A DNA stretch of 20,000 bases from Vicugna vicugna. Its lineage: Eukaryota. Positions within the stretch are counted from its first letter, which is position 1. Each line of letters starts with the position of its first letter. The stretch lies in NCBI GenBank assembly GCA_013265495.1, contig PNXW01001157.1, positions 45,241 to 65,240 on the forward strand, read 5' to 3'. The position numbers and the translations under genes were made by a program. Shown here piece after piece: positions 1 through 9,939 of the stretch. A model generated the notes under the pieces. That model saw only the letters and a program-made list of their open reading frames with translations. It made no database searches and was not told where the DNA came from.

Positions 1-85
1 CTAATAGGCTTGTGTTGTAGCCTTTGAAGAACATTCTTATTTCTTTCTTCCCTATCTGCATTAATGCTCCTAGGATGTTTCCCTG

Positions 86-619
86 TCTTTGGAAATTTGC
101 TAGAAGACTCATGGGGTTCAGCAGATAGTTGTCTTCATGGTGAAGATTCATAAGAGCGGTGCAGGAAGGATCCACAACAGGATTATAAGGGAAAAGATGC
201 AGACAGAGTTGGGGAGAATCCATGTCCAGGCTTCCTTATGCGCTCTCCCTCCCATGAGAGGTCACACAGAGTGCACGCTTCCCCCGGAACAAAATGCAGC
301 AACCTGTGTGCATTGTTTGTGCCCAGGGAAGTGTGTTAGGCACTCAGCACCTGACCTGAGGTTTTTACTGAGGACTGGCCACACAGATAACCTCTGTTTA
401 GAACATACTGGAATTCTAGACCTTAGGTAGAAAGTTGGAGGTCAGCATAGGACATACTGTTGCACAGACATTCTAGGGAGAATGAACTGACCTCATTAGT
501 TAACCGGTGACTAGGGGCACTCAGAGCCAAGTTTCCAGGGGCCAGATGAAGTCCGACCTTACAAGCAAGCCAATCTAACGATAGTCGTCTCTGAGCTTTT
601 GTGTTAACTCTTCCATACA
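86..619 (-). mobile_element. MER21-family (ERVL-class) LTR remnant
   Basis: Diverged match to recalled MER21-type consensus (gtcacacagag.., cccagggaag..ggtttttactg..ctggccac, ..tgttaactctt..aca terminus). Left boundary approximate. Confidence 0.65.
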
Positions 620-2001
620 CTACTTATATATAAAACCTTTTTTACTTTTAAAAAGACTTTGAAGTAATAACTGGTTAATATCTAGTGCAGTGAGATCATG
701 CAGCTTTATACTGATATGGATGAGCTTTAAGGCATTTGGGGGTTTTAAGTCTCTGCCTTTAGCTTTTGCTGCAATGATAAGAAAAGAAACTGGGGTTGAG
801 TCGGAATAATGTTCTTAGAGTTGAGAGTAGAGCAGGGAGGTGGTGGCATGTCCTGCTGCCCAGATGGCCATCATGCTACAGACCAAGGGGTCTGCTGTGG
901 TGAGCGTCTGGGTGAAGGTCTCCATCCTCTGGCTAGTTGGTTATTTCAGACCATAATTATCTCTACATAAAGCATACGTGCATATGCAGGAGTTCAGTAG
1001 TTTTTACTAAGCACTCACATGATGTTTAACATACTAACCGGTTTCACCCCTCCCTACAAGAACATTAACTGATCAGTCTTAGTCTGCTTTTAAACATGGG
1101 AAAGTCAAGGCTGTGTTTGTCATCTTGACATTTCCTATATTACTAATTCAGTCACCTCAGCGCTCAAGTTTCCTGTCTGTGAAGCACTTCCATAGCCTCC
1201 ACGTGTGGGCTTTGAGGTATATATGGCCTTCAAGAAAAACTTCTCATTTCAAAAAGTAAACTCCCTCTGTGTGGGTCCCAGAAGGGCTCCACTTTAGAGA
1301 GTGCTCTCAGGTGGTATGACTTTCCATCCCAGTGGCTGCTGAACAGTGAAGAAGAAAGGAATTCATTGACTCAAGGGCACAATCTAGAAGTTAAAGTTAA
1401 AGGGGGATGAATCCTATATAGTTCTCATTAACATATATAATCGATAATATTGTCTAGTTTTGTGGAATGACTTTATAATAAAATGCATAAGTTTTGAGAA
1501 CTTGTACCTGTGTTGGGGGCTCTTTGACATTTTCAATAGTTTACTTTCAGCGGCTATTTTATTTACTGACTTCCTACTAGGTTCACATGCTTGCTTTTCC
1601 CTCTCTTTTTTATTAATGTGCTGCTGCTGTTCTGCAATAGCAGTGGTTTGTTTGTATTTATTTTCAAAACCTTTGCATGGAAACGTATGGTTTTTGTCTT
1701 TTGTGTACGTGTGAATGAGCCACATGCTGATGTGTGCTTCTGAGTACCTTCACACATGTACTCTCTCTCTGCTTGCAAACAAAAATAAAGATAAGGGACA
1801 GTATTTATGTAAACTGGAATACTGATAAAGAATACATACCAAATATGTTTACACTTACATAGTATTTAAAGTTGGCTCAGTACATTAGACGGAGCTCATG
1901 TAGCATTTACTTAAATCTTGTGTTTTACTCTGGTTTTTCAAATGTGGGATGAATGGATGACATGGGATAAATATATACTCTGAAAAATATAAATAATTAT
2001 A

Positions 2002-2075
2002 CATACTCTGACAAATACATGATCTCATTACATCTCAAATTCATACTCTAATAAATACATGATCACATTATATCT
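2002..2075. repeat. Degenerate 40-bp-period direct repeat (2 copies)
   Basis: catactctgacaaatacatgatctcattacatct (2002-2035) versus catactctaataaatacatgatcacattatatct (2042-2075). Confidence 0.75.
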
Positions 2076-2343
2076 GATACATGACCATGAACTCTTTCCT
2101 ATGTTTTATCATTCAAACTCATGGCTTTCCAGTTTTGAACTTTATTTTTTCCTCATCGTAGGACATATAATCAAAGTAGTTTCCTAGAAATATTTTTTAC
2201 ATTTCTATTTTGGATTCTATATTCTAAAACCAAAGTGCCCATATCGAGACCTCAGGCTGATGTTTATTACAGCATAGTGATCACAGTCATCATTCAAGTT
2301 GTGCTTTGTGGATAATACACACATTATGGAGTTTTCTTTATAG

Positions 2344-2412
2344 AAAATGTGGAGGACAGCATGATGTAGAGGATGTACCTTTACACAGGTAAAGCTCAGG
2401 GTCAGAAGGAAG
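2344..2412 (+). pseudogene. KIF21A: KIF21A-like exon (~exon 25), disrupted
   Basis: tag|AA AAT GTG GAG GAC AGC (ENVEDS) ... GAG GAT GTA CCT TTA CAC ... TCA GGG TCA GAA GGA AG|gtaaga. It is 69 nt versus 61 expected from the recalled human peptide. TAG at 2367-2369 in the upstream frame and TAA at 2390-2392 in the downstream frame. Confidence 0.85.
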
Positions 2413-2775
2413 GTAAGAGAGTCTTCAGAAACTTAATAGATTTGACTTATTTCTTTAATATTTTAATATATTTAGCTGTTGCTTCAAACAATTACCTTAA
2501 GACAAATAATTTTGGAGTTTATGACTAAGTGAAGACACTAGAAACAGTAATAGGGAAACCAAACTGAGTAACGCTTAAAACTTCAAAACCTTTAAAAATA
2601 ATGGAATATTTAAAGAAGGAAAATGAATTATTTTAATTCGCTTTGATTTTGCATATTGTCATTCTGTGCTTTCCACAGGCATAGGAATTTTTTCCCCATA
2701 TTTATACTGAGAGAGGACATATAGTTTTCTATAGTAACTTCCCTTTTCATCTTGTGGTTAATTATTTGCTCATAG

Positions 2776-2830
2776 CTCACTGTCTTCAGACCTTATGAAG
2801 CTTTGTGGTGAAGTGAAACCTAAAAACAAG
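2776..2830 (+). pseudogene. KIF21A: KIF21A-like exon (~exon 26), intact 55 nt
   Basis: catag|C TCA CTG TCT TCA GAC CTT ATG AAG CTT TGT GGT GAA GTG AAA CCT AAA AAC AAG|gtaagg = [18 protein letters not shown]. Confidence 0.93.
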
Positions 2831-3469
2831 GTAAGGAGAACTGAAAACACCAGGTAACATTTTTACTGCTGTTCTTTATGATTTCTATTGAACACGGAGG
2901 GCGCAGGCTCGGCTCTTCACAGGCTCACAGGTGGGCATGCTTTCACCGAAGCTTTCACGTGTGAGAAAGTGTTTATTATACTCCCCTTAGGAAAAAAGAT
3001 ATATTGAACAGTTTCTCCTTTATGGGGCTTGTGACCTACTCTATTCTTGCACTTTTCCCACCAGATAAGATATGATTATGTAGAGCAATCTTTCAAAATA
3101 GTTAGATTGATAGGAGATTTTTGAAATTTAGCATTCTAATATGTTCTTCTGTGTTCCTTATTTATTTTGCTTAATTGTATCCAGAGGTGGTTTGAATAGG
3201 CCAACTCTTAATCATCATTTTCTTTTAAAAACTGAGGCTATAATGGATACTTGTGAAGTTTAAAAAATATGAGTAATATACTGTTAAATGTGTAAGATGC
3301 ACACGATATATTTCAGATTGCGTGTTGGCAGCTACTGGGTGAATTATAACCACCTTAAGATGTTTTTCGGATTTTTGCAGTGCTTGGTAAATATCTGTTG
3401 AATGAATGGGTGGAATCAGGACCTGAAAGATCAGTACTGTGCTAGTGGACAGGATGGACTTGAGGCCCA

Positions 3470-3745
3470 CAGTGGTCAGCCAGGTGATGCAAATGAATAT
3501 TTCAGTTGGATGTAAGACAATTAGCAGGGGTCAGCATGATTACCTGAAGAGGACATGCCCCATCTAAAACAAGTGCCACCACTCCACTATTGCTCATTTT
3601 TGCCATGATGGAATATGGGCCTTAGAGAAGCCTTAAATATGGATTTCAATGGAGAATTTCTTTATCTTTGAAATACTGGGCTTGCCAATCAAAAAACATC
3701 TGCAGGCTTCATGTGTGGTCCTTGAGCTACTGGCTTGGTAACGTG
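3470..3745. mobile_element. MER103-like hAT-Charlie DNA transposon remnant
   Basis: Motifs gatgtaagacaat, catgccccatctaaa, ttgccatg..gggcc..agagaagcc..ggattt and aaaaacatctgcaggc..gtggtcc match the recalled MER103C consensus. Confidence 0.6.
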
Positions 3746-4235
3746 TGGTTTGCGTCTTATTATTCTAAGTGACTAAGCAGAAGGTACCCAGACTCAAAGA
3801 AAACATTCTAGTGTAGTTTGGATCCAGTCTTAAGTGGGGGAGAAAATCTCTTAAGGTGACTTTGGGTCTCAGGCGCTGTGAAGGCCTCGCTATTCATGCC
3901 CTTGCAGGATGCCAGGGAGAGACGTGAAGGCGGGGCCTCAAGGCCGTCTCCTGAAAACACCACTGTGGTTAGGAAGCCCGGGGAAAGATGGTTCCACTGG
4001 CAGCGGAGAGGACTGGCAGGATGAAAGGCTGGCCTGCAGGGCTTGTTCTTCTTTCTTTTTCTTTTTGGCAGTGAAGGGTCATCATCTTTATCTGCATTGG
4101 ACACGATATTTAAAATATGAGTCTTGCCAGTTCTGAGAAGAGAAGTGCTCCCAAACCTGCATATACCCAGCACTCTCTTCTCCAAACACAAAGGAGCCCA
4201 CAGCATTTCTCAGAGGGATGCTCAGCTGACAGCGC

Positions 4236-4552
4236 TGAAGGCAGCCCCCGCCAGGGCCAGTGTGACAGTAATGAGAACCAGGAGACCCACAACGTCTTCT
4301 TCCTGTAGTTCTGGGCTCCGTGAGGTCTTGTTCAAGTGCTGCCTTCTAGCAAGCCTCGACCCTCCAGCCCGCCGCCCAGCTGGCCGCCCTCGCTGCTCCG
4401 CAGCTGCCGCTCGTCCTCGGGCTGCGCGGCGCTCGCGGGGGAGCCCGGCCGGCCGGGCCGGGAGGCTGCCAAGGGCGCGTGGCCGCTGGCGGAGGCGGGC
4501 CCGCAGGGCCCGGGGTGGGGGGATGCGGCGCTCGCTGCCCAGCCGGCTCCAC
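4236..4552 (-). pseudogene. TMEM163: Processed (retro)pseudogene of TMEM163 (zinc transporter-like protein), exon 1 and exon 2 coding part
   Basis: Minus strand gives (GTG)EPAG..GHAPLAA..QPEDERQLRSSEGGQLGGGLEGRGLLEGST*TRPHGAQNYRKKTLWVSWFS/ITVTLALAGAAF, matching recalled TMEM163 QLEEERQVRISESGQFSDGLEDRGLLESSTRLKPHEAQNYRKKALWVSWFSIIVTLALAVAAF. The exon1/exon2 junction (4355|4354) has no intron. Start codon is GTG, TGA at 4334-4332, 1-nt deletion near 4273. Confidence 0.9.
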
Positions 4553-4750
4553 TGCGCGGGGCGGCGGATCCCGGCAGCGAAGATGAGCCCCGTCAGAAGT
4601 GCGAGGCCCAGCGGCTGGGAGCGAGTGGAGGGACGGACCGAGGGCGGGCGGGCGCCCGGAGCGGAGGTGCGGGCTGCAGGGGGAAGGAGGGGGTTGGTGC
4701 GCGTCTGCAGGACTTACTTTCCGGAAGTTTTCTCGGGCTCTCCGCCACTC
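4350..4750. promoter_or_regulatory. CpG island-like segment (TMEM163 5' region carried by the retrocopy) with ETS and GC-box motifs
   Basis: Very GC- and CpG-rich (11 CpG in 4381-4440 alone) within AT-rich intron. CCGGAAGT at 4721-4728; overlapping GGGCGG at 4642-4651. Activity not demonstrated. Confidence 0.55.
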
Positions 4751-4785
4751 CTTTTGAACAGCAAAGATGCCTAAAAGGATCTCAA

Positions 4786-4925
4786 ATCATTTATTCTTCA
4801 CTCATTGAATAAACAAAATTGACTACGTATTTTAAATAGGTCTGTACCAGCACTATGTTAAATGCAGAGCATGCGAAGTTGAATACAGCAGGGTGTCTGC
4901 GCTCTAAAGGTTTATAATCTGGTAA
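4786..4925 (-). mobile_element. LINE-2 3' end fragment
   Basis: tcatttattcttcactcattgaataaaca..ctgtaccagcactatgttaaatgc..ctgcgctctaaaggtttataatctggt resembles the antisense L2 tail. Confidence 0.55.
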
Positions 4926-5334
4926 ACACCTTGATTATCTGTTAATACATTAGTGATAACAACCAACTGTAAGCATTAACAACAAGATAGTCCCTTGGTT
5001 TTCCAGGAGTATGGAAGGGAATGCTTATGGCGAACTTAGATTCTAGGGAAAATTAACCTTCTCCTGTCTCACCATGCTGCCAAAAGCTAGGATGGGCTGG
5101 CGCTGGCTATCCAGCAGGCAGATTAAACATCCAGTTAAGACATCAGGGGGCAGGGTCATGGAAATGGAGATACAAATATAAAAATTGATATTAAAATAAA
5201 ATTTACATTAAATAAATCATCTAAGCATGGGAAAAATCAAAATTTAGTTGAAAGTCCTTGCAATTATCTTTTGGTTTAATTTCTTTCTTTCTTTTTTTAA
5301 ATGAGACATCGAGGGAGCTGGCCATGAGTGTCAG

Positions 5335-5538
5335 GATAGCACAGTAATGTTAGAGGCAGATTGCCTAGTTTTGAATCTGACTTTGCCACTTACTGTGTGT
5401 CTTTGGACATTTAGCTTCTGTGTGCCTCAGTTTTCTCATTCGTGAATTGGGATGATGATAGTATATGCTAATGTAATAAAGTGTTTAGAACAATTTCTGG
5501 CATCCAATAAGCATAATCCAAATGTTGGCTATGATTAT
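5335..5538 (+). mobile_element. MIR SINE
   Basis: MIR core: ttgaatctgactttgccacttactgtgtg..ctgtgtgcctcagttttctcatt..aaagtgtttagaacaatttctggcat..aaatgttggctat. Confidence 0.8.
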
Positions 5539-5640
5539 GACCCCTGAAAGTCTTATCTGGCTGTAGCTCTGGCGTATCACTGTCTTACATGCTATGTTTG
5601 ACACACTTGCTAGGAAAAGACATGCTAAATATTTTTACCT

Positions 5641-5789
5641 TCAGACACTAATGCAGGAGATGCCTCCTTGCCTGGCCCTCTTACACCTGTTGTGGAAGGG
5701 CAAGAGATTGGAATGAATACTGAGACCAGCACTTCTAGGGAAAAAGAGCTCCCTCCCCTGTCTGGCCTCCCTTCTAAGGTAGGTAGCAT
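5641..5789 (+). pseudogene. KIF21A: KIF21A-like exon (~exon 27), 5'-truncated
   Basis: Translates to [49 protein letters not shown], ending AT|gtaagt. The expected N-terminal [20 protein letters not shown] part is absent. A usable acceptor tttttaccttcag ends at 5644. Confidence 0.9.
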
Positions 5790-6470
5790 GTAAGTCTGGC
5801 CCAGCTACACTAACTTCCTTTCTTTTGACTTTTTTTTAAAATATGCATGTTGCTAATTTCTTGCTTCTATTTTTTTTGATTATGTAAATAAGATCTTCAG
5901 TTTTCAAAGTAATTTCTGCTAGGTGTGGTGTCCCCTAATTTTTTGTATTCAGAATAATTTAAATGAGATGATTTTGTTGAAATTGCTTTGTCCTATTTCT
6001 AAGTTTTAGGGTCTTTCTTAAAGAGTATCATTTTTATTAAGGCTGAGATGTGAATTACAGACAAAATTTATTAAGAAACAGATGTAGGTTAAAGTGACAC
6101 CTATAAAGTCATTACATCAAACAGAACCTTGAAGACTCTTCAGTTTGCTCTAAATCATGGTACATCCTCATTCCAAGAGCCTGGGCAGGTGTGTAGACTT
6201 TTGCTGACACTGTTAAAGAAAAATGCAGATGTCGATTACCAGCTTAATACATTTTGAACTTTCCTAATTCTTTGTCTTGAAGACATTGCATGTCTGGATG
6301 TCTGGGATGAGTGTGTACACAAAGTAGTGTTATTGTGTTATTAAAGAGTTGAAGGAGGGAACATTTCACATCTATGATAATCTTAACAAGAAACATTCTA
6401 TTCAAAACAGATTTTATTTAGAAATTGTTCATAATTATCTTGAGAAGTAAGATTTTCCTACACAGGCCAG

Positions 6471-6490
6471 TGTGTGTGTGTGTGTGTGTG
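6471..6490. repeat. (TG)10 microsatellite
   Basis: Directly visible. Confidence 0.95.
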
Positions 6491-7606
6491 TTTGTTGTTA
6501 GTTGTATTAAAACTAGATCAGTCATTCACTGGTAAAGATGTTTAATGACTTTTTTTCAAACTAACTCTCACATATGATCTAGCAATTGATTTATTGGATG
6601 AACACATGACTGCACTGAGAAATAGTGCCAAAAAAGTGGCACACACTAGATGACTCTGCAGCTAATAAAATATAACAAACTCCCCACCCCTAGCTTGAAT
6701 ATCTCTTTCCCATAACTTTCTCCATCTTATGAAGGTATTTTCATTGTCTTCCATTCAGTAAGCCCATCTGCTACCTTTAGTTCTAAAATTAATTTTGATG
6801 GTGGCAGAACTTTCTCGCTGTGCTTGAGGTGGCCTGTGTGATTAACAATTGAATTTGCTGATACAGATTGCTAACCAGTATGGCTTATGGCTTCAGTGCT
6901 TTTTTGATAAGATAACAGTAGAAGAAATGCTTTTGGTGAAGATAGTGATACAGAACTGAGATCAGATTTTAGGAACTCCCAGGTGTTCAGCATTTAGTCT
7001 GTCAGATGAATAGAGACTTTTGGAACTTCAAGATTAAATCTATGACCTGGAATCCAGAATTCAGGTAATACCTTCTTTTTGCCTTTTTCTTTTAAATAAT
7101 GTTATCATTTGTGACAGGTTGTGGAAAATATCTTATACATACTGTCTCTTCACATGACTTATTTTCAAGTTTTCATCAATTAAGATGCTTGTGTAATTCT
7201 GTACATATTTAAGAGATGGTCATGTGCTGGTGCAATGACTCTTATAACCCATTATTGCAGGACTTTGATTGCATAAAATAAAATAATTTACCTAAGTAGG
7301 CCTTATGATTTAAGTGATGCAGAACTTCTAAAATGTAATTTCCTCTGGTTAGAAAAATCAGGCACATGAAGTTTAGTTACATTTAGTTCTCACTTTCAAG
7401 TAGGAATCACTGTAAGCCCATTCTGAGCATCCTGCTTTCTAATTCTTTAGTGTTTTTTTCCTTATTAGTATAACTAGCCAAGGACAGCAAAATTTCATTT
7501 CTTTCCAATTAAAGTTTATTACCACTATACACAAAAATCAGTCTTAAATTGTTAGTTACATAGCCATCATTCAAGAATATTTTTTAACCAAAATTTATAT
7601 AGCTAA

Positions 7607-8099
7607 TGTTGACTGAAATAAACATGCAGCCTAAAAGTTAAAAGTTATGTTTTATTTGTCGGGTGGGCTCGAGCCGGGATGACAGCCTCTCAGATCGCTC
7701 TGAGGGACTGCTTCCAAGAGGTAGGGGAGGAGCTAGGATATATAGAAGCTTTACAACAAAGACCAGGTAGTTGGAACAATAAAGGATTGCTTGTTATCTA
7801 AAGAGAATCAGGCATCTCAAGTTAAAGAATTTAGTGCTTTTCTATTTATGGGAGGAAGCAAACATTTGGGCTCACTGAATTCATTCCTTTGACAAGCACC
7901 TAGCTATCTAGGGCCAGTATCCTGTCCTTTCTTATTCTGAGTCTGCTTAAAGGGCACCATTGTGAGTGGCTGCAGGGGTGGGCTGCAGACCTGTCCCCAC
8001 TAGGGGGTGGCGGCAGCCGCTGATGACTTGGTTTCAGCATTCTATGTTTACTGATATGTTTGCAGTATTTTCATTCACATTGCAGTATTTTCGTTCACA
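7607..8099 (-). mobile_element. ERV1-class solo LTR (MER41-like, artiodactyl type)
   Basis: TG...CA termini flanked by a 4-bp target-site duplication CTAA (7603-7606 and 8100-8103). Minus-strand AATAAA near the 3' end (forward ttttatt ~7651-7657). GC-richer than flanks. Family name is from memory. Confidence 0.8.
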
Positions 8100-8591
8100 C
8101 TAACTAATACTTAAATACTAGTTAAGTAAAATATTTTTGTGCTCACCTGTAGTATTTTTTTCTGACTCTGTAATAATAATTAATTAAATTTTCTTGTTTC
8201 TCATATTCTGATATTCTAATATTTTTGTTCTTGCAAAATTGTAAAGGCTATTTTTCTTCAACTAAAGCAGTTTTAATCAAACTTAAGCACATTTAAAATT
8301 TAAAAATTCATGTTAGCCTTTTGGTCGTATAACATTGATGTTTATGTTCAAAGATAACAGGCTTATATATTTTTGATAAGATTGACAATTTAAAAATTAA
8401 ATATAAAGTTGTCAAGCTCCCATTAATTAAAAATAACTTGTGTAATATTTTCCTATCCCAGTTCTATCTTTTATTCCCTAGTAACCTTTTTCAAGTTCTA
8501 GTTAGTAATCTATTAAAAATTTAGGTTGAATTGCCAAAGTTATATGTATATATTTAAAATTAGATGACTACAGAATCTTTTTTTCTCTTAG

Positions 8592-8695
8592 TTCCAGACA
8601 GTCGTCTCTATCAGAAAAACCAACAGAGCCTCCCCCATAACAAGGAGAAGGGCATGTGAGAAAGCAGAAAACCCAAAGACCAAGGAACTAAGGCA
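8592..8695 (+). pseudogene. KIF21A: KIF21A-like exon (~exon 28), frameshifted, GC donor
   Basis: ttag|T TCC AGA CAG TCG TCT CTA TCA GAA AAA CCA ACA GAG CCT CCC CCA TAA (stop at 8638-8640). Homology continues one base shifted (ITRRRACEKAENPKTKELR). The phase-2 donor position reads ca|gccagt. Confidence 0.88.
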
Positions 8696-9752
8696 GCCAG
8701 TTGCTAATGCTTTTTTACCTGATAGATTGTATAAAATGTCAGCTGCACTGAGATGCTAAAGGACAGCAGTGGGATGATTTTCCATATTCAGGCTGGCTCT
8801 GGGATTTCAACTTAAGACAGTCAAATCAGCTGTTGGCTTGTGGTCTTCTGATTTTCTTGGCCACACACATACCTGTAAATAAAATCAAGCAACTGTTCCT
8901 GATCATGTACTCTGATTTATTTTTCAATTATTTGTGTATGTCATTGTAGAGCTAATATAGCTTTGAGGAGAGGTTTATTAAAACTGTAATTCAAATAGTC
9001 TTCTAGAAAACTTTGAAATTAACTTTGACTGTTATCTGATAAAACAGATATTGATTTCACCTCTTTAAATTGGTTGAAAAAAATCTAGTGTTAGAAGATG
9101 TGTGAGTTATGCTATTTTCTTGCTGTTCTCTCATATTTAAATGGATATTATCCTTAATTTTTTTTTTGTTGAAATCTTTTAAAAGCTATGTGTGTGTTTT
9201 CTGAGGGTTAACTTGTTTTGTGAGGCTTAGTCTGCCTAACAGTATATAATATAATCCGATGGTCCACTTACCTGGGCATTTGTAAATTGCAACACCACAA
9301 CATGCAGAAAGTTATAAATGGGTTAGAGCCACTGTACCTTTCTACCATGTGGCACACTCACCTTTCCCTCAGGTCACCTAACGAACTGCATATGGCAGGT
9401 AGATCCCTGACATGGTCTTGAGTGAGAGCATCAATGGCAATCTCCTTTCAAATATTGGCAAAGCTAAGTCTTCAATATAAAATAAATATAAAAAGAAGTC
9501 TTGGGGTATTTTCTATACCCAAGTGAATAACCTTATACCATCCCCCTACCCGTACCATCATGCACACTCTCTACTTTGACCACTGGTTTAGCTGCCTTGA
9601 ATATCATGGAAATTATTCTAATCATCCTTGCTTCCTGTATTTAAAGATGTAATTTACCTTTTTTTTTACTGAATCAAATATCTCAAGAATAATTAGGAGA
9701 TAAGGGATGGAGCAAATAAGTAATTTAAAAATAAATGAATTTATCAGTTGAA

Positions 9753-9812
9753 TAAGCAAATCCCTCTTAATCTCTCAGGGTCTGTTTCCTCATCTATAAA
9801 GTGAGCATCTTG
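9753..9812 (+). mobile_element. MIR core fragment
   Basis: cttaatctctcagggtctgtttcctcatctataaagtgag resembles the MIR core. Confidence 0.55.
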
Positions 9813-9939
9813 GTCTCAATTGTAAAATTGTATAATTTTAAATTTGCCTTGCTTTATTCATACCAAGTTTAGATTTCAGCAGACAGAACTTTTTCTTTAG
9901 TGCCATCTTGTGGCCAATGTAACACAATCCAATGGGAAA

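Noticed and set aside
137..620. ORFs 137..430 (+) and 423..620 (-)
   Set aside because: They lie in an old LTR remnant and resemble no protein I recognise.
3200..3380. Possible poly(A) tail and TSD of the retrocopy (T-rich runs near 3218-3226 or 3361-3376)
   Set aside because: No convincing direct repeat with the 4740-4790 flank, so the 3' boundary is left undefined.
4124..4812. Long + strand ORFs (216 aa and 158 aa)
   Set aside because: Low-complexity Arg/Ala/Gly/Pro translations of the antisense strand of the GC-rich TMEM163 retrocopy; few stops are expected at this GC content.
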